A stretch of DNA of 64,000 nt, from positions 235,432 through 299,431 of the forward strand of contig JBAYUY010000001.1 of assembly GCA_041674845.1 (NCBI GenBank), given 5' to 3'. Of the stretch, positions 50,087 to 59,907 are shown in pieces; the first letter of the stretch is position 1; each line of letters starts with the position of its first letter. The translations under genes were made by a program, and so were the position numbers. The DNA comes from Candidatus Shapirobacteria bacterium. Lineage in GTDB: Bacteria; Patescibacteriota; Microgenomatia; UBA12405. The notes under the pieces are model-generated. The model was given only the letters and a program-made list of their open reading frames with translations. It was not told the DNA's origin and did not search any database.

Positions 50087-52830
50087 TAGGCCTTGGTTAC
50101 GGTGAGAACTTCACCTTTTGTAATTGAAATAGCTAAAGTTTTATTTAGAATTTCACTTTCAAAAGTTGATGGCCATGTAGGAGCGACTATATTTATTTTG
50201 TCTTTGACTTCAAAACCTTGGGTTTTGCGTAATACTTGTATATTACGGATAAAATCACGATATTCGCCTTCGGCAATTAAATCGGGAGTTAAATCTGTAT
50301 TAAGCAAAAACTTGTCACCGACAGAAATATTTTTTATATTAGTTTCGTCTTTTATTACATTTAGTAGCTCAACATCAAGATTGTCGACGATAATGGCCGA
50401 TGCTAGTGGTTGGCGAATTTTCAAATTGGCTAATTGACGGGCAGCATGGATATCTTGGCAAATTTTTCTTACTTTGATCATTTTTGTTTCGAGTTCAAGA
50501 TTGATTTGGCTTTTGTCAACAACAGGCCAGTTTTCCAAATTGACGGAAACTATGTCGGTAGCCAAATTTTTGTGTAATATTTCACCTAAAAATGGGGTAA
50601 ATGGTGAAATAATGACTGAAAGTTTTGTAAATATAAAATATAATAATTCAAAATTATCGGTTCTGTCTCGATTGCGGCGAATATACCAAGTTGAAAGGTC
50701 GGTGACAAAATTTTGAATTGATTCTGTTGCTGTGGCTGTACCAAAATGGGTTAAGTTTTTGGTGACAGTTTCAATTGTAGAATTTAGGCGCGAAATAATC
50801 CATTTGTCTAAAATATTATTTAAAATAATATTTTTATTGCTGTTTTCCCAGTTTTCTAAATTTGCATGTTGAGTAAAAAAACGATAAGTGTTCCACAATA
50901 ACAAAATGTATTCACGTTTGACTCCATCGGCAACTGTGTATCCAAAGTTGACATTGGATGATGGTTTTTGGAGACAATATAGCCATCGCATGGCATCGGC
51001 GGACATTTTTTCGACAGCCTCGTCATAGGGTATTCCATTTTTTTTGGTTTTGGACATGCGCTCACCTTTTTCATCGCGAACTTCACTGTGAGTAACAACT
51101 GTTTTGTATGGTATAGTTTCCTCTAAAGTTACGCCAAAAAATAGCATTGAATAAAACCATAATCTAACTTGTTCGGTCATCTCCAAAACCATATCGGCAG
51201 GAAACCATTTGTGCCAATAATCTTTGTCGGTTAGATATTTTAAAGTTGAAAAAGGAACGACACCAGCATCGAGCCAACAATCCCCTACTTCGGGAACACG
51301 TGAAGTTTCTTGTCCACATTTGGGACATTTTATTTTGACAGTATCAATCCATGGGCGATGAATATGGGTTAAATTTTCAACCATCTCTGGATTAACAGCT
51401 TTTTCTTTTAGCTCTTGCAACGATCCAACAACTGTCAATTCTCCACAGTTACATTTGTAAAATGGGAGAGCGAGTCCATAGTACCGACTTCGACTAATCA
51501 TCCAATCATCCATCGAATCTAACCAATTTTGCATACGGTTTTGGACAAACTTTGGGTGCCATTCGATTTTGGCCGCAGCTGCTTTCATCAGTGGTCTAAT
51601 CTCATCAGTCTTGATATACCAACTATTTTCTAATCGAAATAAACATTTGGTTTTACAACGCCAGCAGTGCGGATAGCGATGAGTAATTTCTTCGGTTTTG
51701 AAAAATGCACCAATAGATTTTAGTTTGTCAAAAACCATTTCTTTGACACCATGGGCATATTTACCCGAAAATTCACCGTAATTATCGGAAAAATGACCTT
51801 GTTCATTAAGTGGTGAAGGCATCGGAACACCTAATTTTTTACCTAGTTCGTAGTCTTCTTGGCCGCATCCAGGAGCAATGTGAACAACACCGGTACCATC
51901 TTCTGGTGTTACATCTTTCCAATCGGTGACAAAATGATCGACACCCTCTTGGTAAGGAAGATCAAAAAGCGATTCATATTTTAAATTTAATAATGATTTG
52001 GAGTCAATCTGTTCGTAATCAGTTAATCCTAGACGGTTTGCGGCATCTTTGGCTAAGTAAACTACTTTGCCTTCGTAATTTGCCTTAACATATGGATATT
52101 CGGTATTAATCGCAAGTAAAACGTTGGCGGTTAAAGTCCAAGGGGTAGTAGTCCACGCTAAAATATATTCGTTAGTTTTATCTTTTAATTTAAAATAAAC
52201 ATAAACCGAAGTGTCAGTGATATCTTTGTAACCATCGGCCTGTTCGTGTTGAGATAAACCGGTTTCACAGCGGGGACACCATGTAGTGGCACTTTTACGT
52301 AAATCTAGCCATCCTTTTTGGTGGACTATTTTTAAAAAGTGCCAAATGTATAAATTATTTTCTTTAGAGTTGGTGTAATAAGAATTTTCCCAATCCATAA
52401 AATAACCCAATCGTTTGGATTGGATGGTTTGGACTGTAGAAAATTTGTCGATACGAGCTAGACAGGCATTGGTAAAATTGTCGAGACCAAAATTTTGGAT
52501 ATCTTTTTTGGAATTAAAACCAGCATCTTTCTCAACTTCGACTTCGACCCATAAACCCTGACAGTCAAAACCATTTTGAAAACGTTGAGCATATCCTTGC
52601 AAGTTCTTAAATCGTTGAAAAACGTCTTTTAGTGTACGTCCACGAGCGTGGTGAACTCCCATGGGAGCGTTGGCGGTGATTGGTCCATCGATAAAGGAGA
52701 ATGTTTTTTCTGATTGATCGTTGCGATGGAGATATTTATTTAAAATATCGTTTTGCTCCCACCATTGCATTATTTCTTTTTCTAACTGTGGAAAATCTGG
52801 GTTTTGTGGAAGTTCACTAAAGTAAGACAT
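50086..52830 (-). CDS. ileS: isoleucyl-tRNA synthetase
   Basis: 914 aa, class I, with the HIGH-type motif (ANAPMGVHHARG), KMSKS (RMSKTKKN), a CP1 editing domain and Zn-binding Cys clusters. Confidence 0.9.
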   Translation of the reverse strand: MSYFSELPQNPDFPQLEKEIMQWWEQNDILNKYLHRNDQSEKTFSFIDGPITANAPMGVHHARGRTLKDVFQRFKNLQGYAQRFQNGFDCQGLWVEVEVEKDAGFNSKKDIQNFGLDNFTNACLARIDKFSTVQTIQSKRLGYFMDWENSYYTNSKENNLYIWHFLKIVHQKGWLDLRKSATTWCPRCETGLSQHEQADGYKDITDTSVYVYFKLKDKTNEYILAWTTTPWTLTANVLLAINTEYPYVKANYEGKVVYLAKDAANRLGLTDYEQIDSKSLLNLKYESLFDLPYQEGVDHFVTDWKDVTPEDGTGVVHIAPGCGQEDYELGKKLGVPMPSPLNEQGHFSDNYGEFSGKYAHGVKEMVFDKLKSIGAFFKTEEITHRYPHCWRCKTKCLFRLENSWYIKTDEIRPLMKAAAAKIEWHPKFVQNRMQNWLDSMDDWMISRSRYYGLALPFYKCNCGELTVVGSLQELKEKAVNPEMVENLTHIHRPWIDTVKIKCPKCGQETSRVPEVGDCWLDAGVVPFSTLKYLTDKDYWHKWFPADMVLEMTEQVRLWFYSMLFFGVTLEETIPYKTVVTHSEVRDEKGERMSKTKKNGIPYDEAVEKMSADAMRWLYCLQKPSSNVNFGYTVADGVKREYILLLWNTYRFFTQHANLENWENSNKNIILNNILDKWIISRLNSTIETVTKNLTHFGTATATESIQNFVTDLSTWYIRRNRDRTDNFELLYFIFTKLSVIISPFTPFLGEILHKNLATDIVSVNLENWPVVDKSQINLELETKMIKVRKICQDIHAARQLANLKIRQPLASAIIVDNLDVELLNVIKDETNIKNISVGDKFLLNTDLTPDLIAEGEYRDFIRNIQVLRKTQGFEVKDKINIVAPTWPSTFESEILNKTLAISITKGEVLTVTKA

Positions 52831-52913
52831 AATTTTTAATTTTTAATTTAAAATTTTTAATCAATTTTAAATTTATAATGTTTAAATTTTTAATTTATAT
52901 TTGATTATATAAT

Positions 52914-52942
52914 AAAAAACAAAAATCCCGCAGAGGCGGGAT
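52914..52942 (-). terminator. rho-independent terminator downstream of ftsZ / upstream of ileS
   Basis: The minus strand reads ATCCCGC-CTCT-GCGGGAT followed by TTTTTGTTTTTT. Confidence 0.65.
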
Positions 52943-53135
52943 TGAATAGCCGGGAAAATCCCCCGGGCTAGATAATGATTATTTTTACTGAATGTAACAT
53001 TGGGATATTATATAACATATATCGTCATTGCGAGCGAAGCGAAGCCATCTCGATGGAATTTAAAAAGCGCTGTACTTATCGAAACGCGATTGCCACAAAA
53101 TTTTAAGAAAAATTTTTCGCAATGACGTGTTACCG

Positions 53136-54254
53136 TTATTTCCTTAAAAAAGCTGGGATGTCAAAGTCGGTTTCGATGTCGAGGCCTTCGGGAATGACCT
53201 GATCTTGTAAAATATTTTTGTATTCACCTGACAAAAGAGGTTCTTGAACTGAATCAGTAGATTGAGCTTTTTTTATTGATGCGTAATGAATTTTGGAATT
53301 ATCAAAACCGGTAGCGATAACTGTAATTTTGATTTTGCCTGTAAGTGATTCGTCAATTGATGCGCCAAATATTATATTGGCGTCAGGAGCAACATGTTCA
53401 GTAATTGTTCTGGCTGCTTCCTCAATTTCAGCCATGGTGATGTCAGGACCACCATTAATGTTGATTAATACTCCACGTGCGCCATCAATGTCGGCTTCAA
53501 CAAGTGGTGAATCAATTGCCGATTCTACGGCTTTTTTGGCTCTATCTGTACCCTCTGCTTCTCCTACACCCATAAGGGCTGAGCCTGCATTACTCATTAC
53601 TGATTTGATGTCGGCAAAATCCAAATTGATTAATCCTGTTGTGGTAATTAAGTCGGCGATTGCTTTGGTTCCTTTGGTCAAAACATTGTCTGCTATTTTG
53701 AAAGCTTCGAGTAAGGTCGCTTGATTGTTGACAACCTCCATTACTTTTTGGTTAGGAATTACAATCAAAGTATCGACATATTGGCGTAAATGAGACAAGC
53801 CGTCATCGGCACGACTCATGCGCCTTGTACCTTCAAATAAAAATGGCTTTGTGACAACAGCAATGGTTAATATCCCTAATTCTTTTTTGGCAATTTCGGC
53901 AATGATTGGAGCGGCTCCAGTGCATGTTCCTCCACCCATGCCGCCGGTGATAAAAAGCATATCAGTGTCAGCCAAAGCTTCTTTGATGCGTTCACGGGAT
54001 TCCTCAGCTGCTTCTTGACCGACTTGTGGTTCACCCCCAGCACCTAATCCTTTGGTTAATTTCTCTCCAATTTGAATTTTAATTGAAGCCTTGGAGTTTA
54101 ATAATGCTTGAGAGTCAGTATTGACGGCGATAAATTCGACACCCTTGATATTATCTTCATTTATCATGGAGTTTATGGCGTTATTTCCACCACCTCCAAC
54201 TCCAATTACTTTTATTTTGGCAAATTGACCTGTGAGTGTTTTAATGAGTCCCAT
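53136..54254 (-). CDS. ftsZ: cell division protein FtsZ
   Basis: GVGGGGNNA and GGMGGGTCTGAAP tubulin signature motifs. Confidence 0.95.
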   Translation of the reverse strand: MGLIKTLTGQFAKIKVIGVGGGGNNAINSMINEDNIKGVEFIAVNTDSQALLNSKASIKIQIGEKLTKGLGAGGEPQVGQEAAEESRERIKEALADTDMLFITGGMGGGTCTGAAPIIAEIAKKELGILTIAVVTKPFLFEGTRRMSRADDGLSHLRQYVDTLIVIPNQKVMEVVNNQATLLEAFKIADNVLTKGTKAIADLITTTGLINLDFADIKSVMSNAGSALMGVGEAEGTDRAKKAVESAIDSPLVEADIDGARGVLININGGPDITMAEIEEAARTITEHVAPDANIIFGASIDESLTGKIKITVIATGFDNSKIHYASIKKAQSTDSVQEPLLSGEYKNILQDQVIPEGLDIETDFDIPAFLRK

Positions 54255-54257
54255 AGA

Positions 54258-55502
54258 CTAAGGCAATAAAGGTGATAAAAAATCTTTAATCTTTGAAAAT
54301 ATTTGACTCACAGGAAAATTAATTTTTTTGCCCGAGGTGTTGGAAATTTGTTTTGAATTTTGAAAAAACAATATCGATCCGATAGCACTACTGTATGAAG
54401 GGAAAGTGATATCGTCAACTAAACCATCTAATCGGACAGGCTCACTGATTCTAATTGGAAGTGGAATAATTTTTGCTGCCATTGTCTTTAAATCAACTGT
54501 TTGAGCCCCTCCTCCGGTAAATACTATACCTGCAGGAATTAAATTTTGAAAACCACGATTGCAAATTTCGTGCCAAACTAGTCGTATTATTTCTTCGACT
54601 CGTGGTTTGACAATCCCATTAACGGTTGAAGAAATTGATAATTTGTTGTTTTCGGAAACAATCCCGATATTGGACAGATCAATTTCATCATTGAAGCCTT
54701 TTTTGTCTATTAATTGAGCTAATCGTATTTTAATTTTTTCGGCATCGATCAAAGGAAGTCGAAGTCCAATGGCAAGGTCGGCAGTAATATTGTTTGATCC
54801 GATTGGTAAACAAAATGAACACGCTGGTGAATTGTCGATAAAAACCGTCACAGTAGTGTTGTACCCACCGATATCAATAAGAGCGACACCAAGTTCATTT
54901 TCAGTTTCGGACAAACAAGCAAGACTAGCTGTTAATCCTGAGTATGCCAGCGATATTATTTTAATATTGATGTCTTCAAGGCATTTAGTTAAATTTTTTA
55001 TGGCTGGGGTAGAAGCAACTATTAAATGTGAATCAACTTCAAGACGTATTCCGTTCATGCCAATAGGGTCGACAACACCGTCCTGACCATCGACGGTATA
55101 TACACGGGGGATGCAGTGAACAATTTCTTTGTTGGGTGGTAGTGTAATAGCTTTGGCGGCTTCAATGGCGCGAAAGATATCATCAGTGGTGATTTCACCG
55201 TTGGGATTACCAATGGCAGTAACTCCGTGTGAATTTATTGATTCAAAATGAGGTGCCGTAAGCGAAACAAATGCTTGGTTGATTTCGATTCCTGCCATTC
55301 TTTCGGCAGATTCGATTGACTCTGTTATGGTGTGTGAAGCTTGCTCTAAATTAATTATTTGACCTTTTTTAAAACCTTTGGCAACAACTGATGAGACTCC
55401 GATAATATTGGGAATTGATTTATTTTCGCCAAGTTGAGCAATAATCGTGGTTATTTTTGAAGTTCCGATGTCAAGACAGGTAATTGTTTTTAAATGAGGC
55501 AT
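54258..55502 (-). CDS. ftsA: cell division protein FtsA
   Basis: 414 aa, actin-like (CLDIGTSKITTII, DIGGYNTTVTVF, FTGGGAQ). Confidence 0.9.
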   Translation of the reverse strand: MPHLKTITCLDIGTSKITTIIAQLGENKSIPNIIGVSSVVAKGFKKGQIINLEQASHTITESIESAERMAGIEINQAFVSLTAPHFESINSHGVTAIGNPNGEITTDDIFRAIEAAKAITLPPNKEIVHCIPRVYTVDGQDGVVDPIGMNGIRLEVDSHLIVASTPAIKNLTKCLEDINIKIISLAYSGLTASLACLSETENELGVALIDIGGYNTTVTVFIDNSPACSFCLPIGSNNITADLAIGLRLPLIDAEKIKIRLAQLIDKKGFNDEIDLSNIGIVSENNKLSISSTVNGIVKPRVEEIIRLVWHEICNRGFQNLIPAGIVFTGGGAQTVDLKTMAAKIIPLPIRISEPVRLDGLVDDITFPSYSSAIGSILFFQNSKQISNTSGKKINFPVSQIFSKIKDFLSPLLP

Positions 55503-55512
55503 ATTTACTATT

Positions 55513-56541
55513 TTAGAGTGTTTTGATGAGTTTTAGTAGACTATAGTTTGTATTTGGTTTAGTTATCGTTTTTGTTTTTATTTTTGCCAATTTATTTATT
55601 GATTTAATAAGTGTTGAAGATGTTAATTTTATTTCGGGAATAATAATTGTTTGTGGTAAGGATTGCTTGACAAGTTCAGCATTAATATCTTGTTCATTTT
55701 GTTGACTTATTTTTAGAGGAATTAAAATAGCTTTTTTATTTAAGGCAATTATTTCTTGGCAAGTATTTGCCCCAGCACGACTGATAATAAGATTGGCATG
55801 ATTTAAAACCCATCCAATATCATCAATATAATTTATTGGTAAATAATTAATTGATGGAGATAAATTTTGATTTCCTGACTGATGAATTATAAAAAAATTT
55901 TTTGTTAATGTAGGTAAAATTTTGGTTATAATTTTATTTAATACCATTGATCCTTGGTTGCCTCCAGTAATATAAATAATTGGTTTTTTGATTATTAACT
56001 TATCGAAAAATGTTGATTTGCTATTAAATACTTGGTTCCTAATTAAATTTCCTGTGACTATAAATTTGTTATTTTTAATATTTGTGGGAAATGATAAAGC
56101 AACAATGTTTGAAAATTTTGAATTTATTTTTGTAGATAAACTGAGGGTGCTGGTTTGTTCGTGGGTAATTGAGGGAATTTTTTGTAGATATGCGTTAAAA
56201 ATTACTGGCACTGATATGTAGCCGCCAAAAGAAACGACAACGTCTGGTTTTATTTTTTGAATTAATTTGTATATTTGAAATAATGATTTTATGGTTAAGG
56301 GTATACCAGCTATGGTGTTGGGTAACCAACGTCGATCTAATTTTCCACTGTCAAAACCATAGAATTTAACTCCTAATTTAGGAATTGCCAAAGATTCGGT
56401 GGAGACGGATGTTTTTTCGTGTGAATTAAAATTTCGACCTATATATATAATATCCCAATCTATATTATCTTCTTTTAGTTGATTAATTAATTCGATGGCG
56501 GGAGTGAGGTGTGTGCCGGTAATTAATATTTTTTTTGTCAT
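55513..56541 (-). CDS. murG: undecaprenyldiphospho-muramoylpentapeptide beta-N-acetylglucosaminyltransferase (GT28)
   Basis: GT28 C-terminal motif ISRAGANTCQEIIALNKKAILIPL. The N-terminal Gly-rich loop is degenerate (ITGTHLTPAIE). The start is either ATG 56541 (MTKKIL) or 56559, and either overlaps the ftsW 3' end. Confidence 0.7.
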   Translation of the reverse strand: MTKKILITGTHLTPAIELINQLKEDNIDWDIIYIGRNFNSHEKTSVSTESLAIPKLGVKFYGFDSGKLDRRWLPNTIAGIPLTIKSLFQIYKLIQKIKPDVVVSFGGYISVPVIFNAYLQKIPSITHEQTSTLSLSTKINSKFSNIVALSFPTNIKNNKFIVTGNLIRNQVFNSKSTFFDKLIIKKPIIYITGGNQGSMVLNKIITKILPTLTKNFFIIHQSGNQNLSPSINYLPINYIDDIGWVLNHANLIISRAGANTCQEIIALNKKAILIPLKISQQNEQDINAELVKQSLPQTIIIPEIKLTSSTLIKSINKLAKIKTKTITKPNTNYSLLKLIKTL

Positions 56542-57592
56542 GAGTATATTTTCCTTCAATATTTACAATAAAACCAGTGGCAATCATGATTGACAGTAAA
56601 GATGATCCCCCATAAGAAATAAATGGAAAAGGAACACCTGTGAGTGGAATTAGTGCAACTATAGCTGAGAAGTTAATTAATGCTTGATATGCTATCCAAC
56701 AGGCAAAAGTAGAAACTAATACTTTCTCAAATTGATTTTCAACTATGTTGGCGAGTTTAAATAAAAATGAAACAAATGATAGGTATAACGAAGTTAGAGC
56801 AAAAAGGCCAATGAATCCTGTTTCTTCGCCGATTATAGCCAAAATTGAATCAGTACTAATTTTTGGTAAAAATTTGTATTTTTGTTCTGAATTGGCAATC
56901 CCCTTGCCCGATAATCCTCCGGCGGATAGTGAAATAATAATTTGTTGACTATGATAATTCAAATTGTCATCTTTTTGGGTATTAACTAATGTGTCAAATC
57001 TAGCTTTTCTGTATGGTGAAGTAAAAATTAGTATTGATCCAAGTAGTGAAAATAATAGAAATAAAATAAATATAGGAAATAGCTGTCCTCCTGACAGGTA
57101 ATAAGATGAAACAACAATGGCGGCAATTAGTATGGCGGTGCTTAAGTTTGGTTCTATAACGATCAAAAAAAGTGGTGGTAATAAAAAAATTAATAGATGT
57201 TTGAACCCTGAATTATTTTCACTTGTAAATAACGCAGGAAAAAATATAATGGCAGCTAATTTAAAAAATTCTGATGGCTGTAAATTAAAAAAACCAAAGT
57301 TAATCCACCGACTGGCACCAAGTGCTTTTTGGCCTATGCTTGGGATTAATACTATGATTAGTAATGCTATTGAAGCCAAATATATGGTAAAAGAATGTCG
57401 ACGGACGAAATCAAGGTTTATTTTTGAAGTGATAATAGCAGAAATTATGCCAAGTATTATCCAAAATATTTGTTTACGAATAAAAAAATTTGGATCGCCT
57501 AAACTTTTTTGGGCTTCAAAAAGAGTAGAAATTGATATAAAAAATAATCCAATTATGGTCAAAGATAATGTATATGCCCAGGTTTTAGACAT
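56483..57592 (-). CDS. ftsW: SEDS-family cell division protein FtsW
   Basis: 369 aa, polytopic, with EPNLSTA, PKISTDSILA and GVPFPFISYGGSS. Located in dcw context. Confidence 0.8.
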   Translation of the reverse strand: MSKTWAYTLSLTIIGLFFISISTLFEAQKSLGDPNFFIRKQIFWIILGIISAIITSKINLDFVRRHSFTIYLASIALLIIVLIPSIGQKALGASRWINFGFFNLQPSEFFKLAAIIFFPALFTSENNSGFKHLLIFLLPPLFLIVIEPNLSTAILIAAIVVSSYYLSGGQLFPIFILFLLFSLLGSILIFTSPYRKARFDTLVNTQKDDNLNYHSQQIIISLSAGGLSGKGIANSEQKYKFLPKISTDSILAIIGEETGFIGLFALTSLYLSFVSFLFKLANIVENQFEKVLVSTFACWIAYQALINFSAIVALIPLTGVPFPFISYGGSSLLSIMIATGFIVNIEGKYTHDKKNINYRHTPHSRHRIN

Positions 57593-58607
57593 TTATTTTA
57601 TAGTTATGTTCCTTGCTAATTATTACTCCGTTTTTGTCTCGCTTTGTTAATTCTGATCCGACTATTTTTTTGTTGTCAAATCTTTTTTCGCTTATAATTT
57701 TTTGAGGAGAAGTAAATTCGAGTAAGTGATAATAAAATAACGGAATAATATCGGCTTTTAATTCAATTTCGGTATAAAAGGCAAACGAAGCAGTAAGGCG
57801 AGGATTGCATTCGAGTAAGTATACTTTTCCTTTGGAAACAAAAAAGTCGAGACCAAAAAAGCCACGATATTTAAGTTTTTTTAAAATTTTGCCAAAGGCA
57901 ATAGTAATTTCTTTTACTTGTTTAGTTATTTTTATTGAGGCATTGCTTGGCCATTGACGACCGACAGTGGCAAAAGGATTGTTGGTATATTCTTTTAATC
58001 CTGTAAATTGGAGTGCTGGAGGACTTTGTAGCAATCCCGTTGTTGTCATACAACAATTGTTTAGGAGAGTGTAACCTTTTAAAAATGGTGTAAATTTGCA
58101 CAATATTCCATTAGGAATAATTGTTGGGTCATATTTTTGAATTAATTTGGTGCTGTTGCCTGCCCAACCAAAGTGTGTTTGGGCAATTATTTTTGGGCCA
58201 TACTTGTTAAACAACTTGTCAATATTTTGTTTGGTGTATGGGGCGATGATATATGGTATATGTGGAATTTTGTCGACAATACTGGGGAATTTAATTTTGT
58301 CTTCGAGAAGCCGATTTAAAGATGCTAGATTTGAAACTAAAATCCAATTATTTTGTTTGCATAAAATATCAATTTTGGCAGAGGGTTTGAACGGAATTAT
58401 GGCAGCCTGGTGGCCTGAGATGGTCGTAATTTTTTTTATATAATCAATGGTCGAGGGTTGTGATAATAAAAAACCACTATTTTTTTGAGATAAATTTGGA
58501 TCAAAAATTGAATAAAAATTTTTTAGTTTTGGACATTTTATATCAAGGTTTTGGTCGACAGTAAGAAAGAAAAAGTCGATGGGTAAATTGTTGATTATTT
58601 TTTCCAT
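57585..58607 (-). CDS. ATP-grasp domain protein (not a canonical Ddl)
   Basis: 340 aa with the C-terminal ATP-grasp signature FFGLDFFVSKGKVYLLECNPRLTASF. 8-nt overlap with ftsW, and 1 nt from the upstream PLP enzyme gene. Confidence 0.65.
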   Translation of the reverse strand: MEKIINNLPIDFFFLTVDQNLDIKCPKLKNFYSIFDPNLSQKNSGFLLSQPSTIDYIKKITTISGHQAAIIPFKPSAKIDILCKQNNWILVSNLASLNRLLEDKIKFPSIVDKIPHIPYIIAPYTKQNIDKLFNKYGPKIIAQTHFGWAGNSTKLIQKYDPTIIPNGILCKFTPFLKGYTLLNNCCMTTTGLLQSPPALQFTGLKEYTNNPFATVGRQWPSNASIKITKQVKEITIAFGKILKKLKYRGFFGLDFFVSKGKVYLLECNPRLTASFAFYTEIELKADIIPLFYYHLLEFTSPQKIISEKRFDNKKIVGSELTKRDKNGVIISKEHNYKINV

Positions 58608-58608
58608 A

Positions 58609-59409
58609 TTATCTTTTTGCTCCGGTTAAAATTATGACAGGAAAAAACCCTAGGTTGACTTGTGATTTTATTTTGTTTAACCCTGCTAGTGCCAAGGCAC
58701 CTTCAGTTGAGGTAATAATATTGTTGGCTATTAAATAATTTTGACTTTGGATAATTTGTTTGTTTTGAATGACGATTCCTTGTCCTTGATGGTCGTTTAT
58801 GGTTTTTATTATTTTAGTTTTTAATGGAATTAATTTTACTCCAAGGGCATCGGTAATAGTGGATTTTTCGGGAATAAAGTCATGATCAAATATTGATGCA
58901 ATAGGACAATGAGAAGCTGGTTGGACGGCAAATATTGGAATAGAGTTTGGTATTTTTTGGGATATGCCGAGCAAGGTAGTTCCTGAACCAACTGGAACAA
59001 AAATGGATGAAACTTCGGGTAATTGTTTTATTATTTCTGTAGCAATTTTACTGTATCCTCGAAGTGCAGTTGGGTCCGTTGATTGACGAAGTAGGTATGA
59101 CCGATTTTCTTTGGCAAACTTGAAGGCATCAGAAATTGGTCGAGATGACACAATATAATTGGCGATTAGCTTTAGTTTTGATTTGTCAGTATGGGGTGAA
59201 ACAAATATGGTTAAATTTATGCCGTATTTTCGACAAAAATATTGGGCCGATATTGCTGCATTGCCGGTAGAAGAAATTACGGCTGATAGAAATTTGTGTT
59301 TAACTAAGTTTTTGACTTGAATTTCTAAGCTTCGATCTTTGGCACTACCAGTTATGTTTAGATCTTCTCGTTTGAAATAGACATTACCAATTTTTACTAG
59401 AGGTGTCAT
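58609..59409 (-). CDS. fold-type II PLP-dependent enzyme (cysteine synthase / threonine synthase superfamily)
   Basis: 266 aa with the PLP-lysine motif NITGSAKDRS and the glycine loop VGSGTTLLG. Confidence 0.65.
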   Translation of the reverse strand: MTPLVKIGNVYFKREDLNITGSAKDRSLEIQVKNLVKHKFLSAVISSTGNAAISAQYFCRKYGINLTIFVSPHTDKSKLKLIANYIVSSRPISDAFKFAKENRSYLLRQSTDPTALRGYSKIATEIIKQLPEVSSIFVPVGSGTTLLGISQKIPNSIPIFAVQPASHCPIASIFDHDFIPEKSTITDALGVKLIPLKTKIIKTINDHQGQGIVIQNKQIIQSQNYLIANNIITSTEGALALAGLNKIKSQVNLGFFPVIILTGAKR

Positions 59410-59423
59410 ATAATAGATATATT

Positions 59424-59591
59424 ATGAAGCAAACTGATCAAAAAATCATGTGTCCTGATTGTGGGACAGAAATTAAAGGTGAAAATGTTTTAAGTGTGGG
59501 TGATATTTTGGAATGTCAGGAGTGTGGGACTGAAGTAGAGTTGTTGTCCCTTGACCCACTTAAGTATCAGTTGCTAGTAGAAGAGAAATAG
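59424..59591 (+). CDS. LysW-like zinc-ribbon amino-group carrier protein
   Basis: MCPDCGTEIKGENVLSVGDILECQECGTEVELLSLDPLKYQLLVEEK follows the LysW pattern CPxCG-x-E...GdilxCxeCGxExEvxxLDPL plus an acidic tail. The ORF track start (GTG 59403) overlaps the divergent PLP gene. Confidence 0.6.
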   Translation: MKQTDQKIMCPDCGTEIKGENVLSVGDILECQECGTEVELLSLDPLKYQLLVEEK

Positions 59592-59594
59592 GAA

Positions 59595-59873
59595 TTATAT
59601 TCTTTCTCCTGAGGGATAAAATATTGGTCTGGCATTTAAATCGCGTGTGACCTCTAATAGCCTGTCCTTACCCTTAAGTTTAACTAAAAACTTTCCGTGT
59701 TCATATTGATGTGCTGCGAACTGATTCATGTGGTGCATTTTTTCTTCAATATGTACAATATCAACTACAGTACTTGATTCTTTTTCAATAAGATTTTCTA
59801 AAATTGCAATATCTGTCGGGTCTAAATTTCGTCGATAATTACATCCGATTACGGAGCATCTTAGCGTTGTCAT
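59595..59873 (-). CDS. hypothetical protein
   Basis: 92-aa ORF with no motif recognised. Confidence 0.45.
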   Translation of the reverse strand: MTTLRCSVIGCNYRRNLDPTDIAILENLIEKESSTVVDIVHIEEKMHHMNQFAAHQYEHGKFLVKLKGKDRLLEVTRDLNARPIFYPSGERI

Positions 59874-59907
59874 GGCAGAGATTGTATCATATTTGTAATA
59901 ATATTAA

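Noticed and set aside
52831-53135. T-box leader upstream of ileS.
   Set aside because: There is no T-box consensus (GGUGG.ACCGCG-like) and no specifier-loop arrangement visible on the minus strand. The hairpin plus U-run sits too far upstream and reads as the ftsZ-operon terminator.
57585-58607. Calling the ATP-grasp gene ddl because of its dcw context.
   Set aside because: It lacks the Ddl N-terminal and EVNT.PG-type C-terminal motifs. Its signature is LECNPR-type and it is paired with a PLP enzyme and a LysW-like protein.
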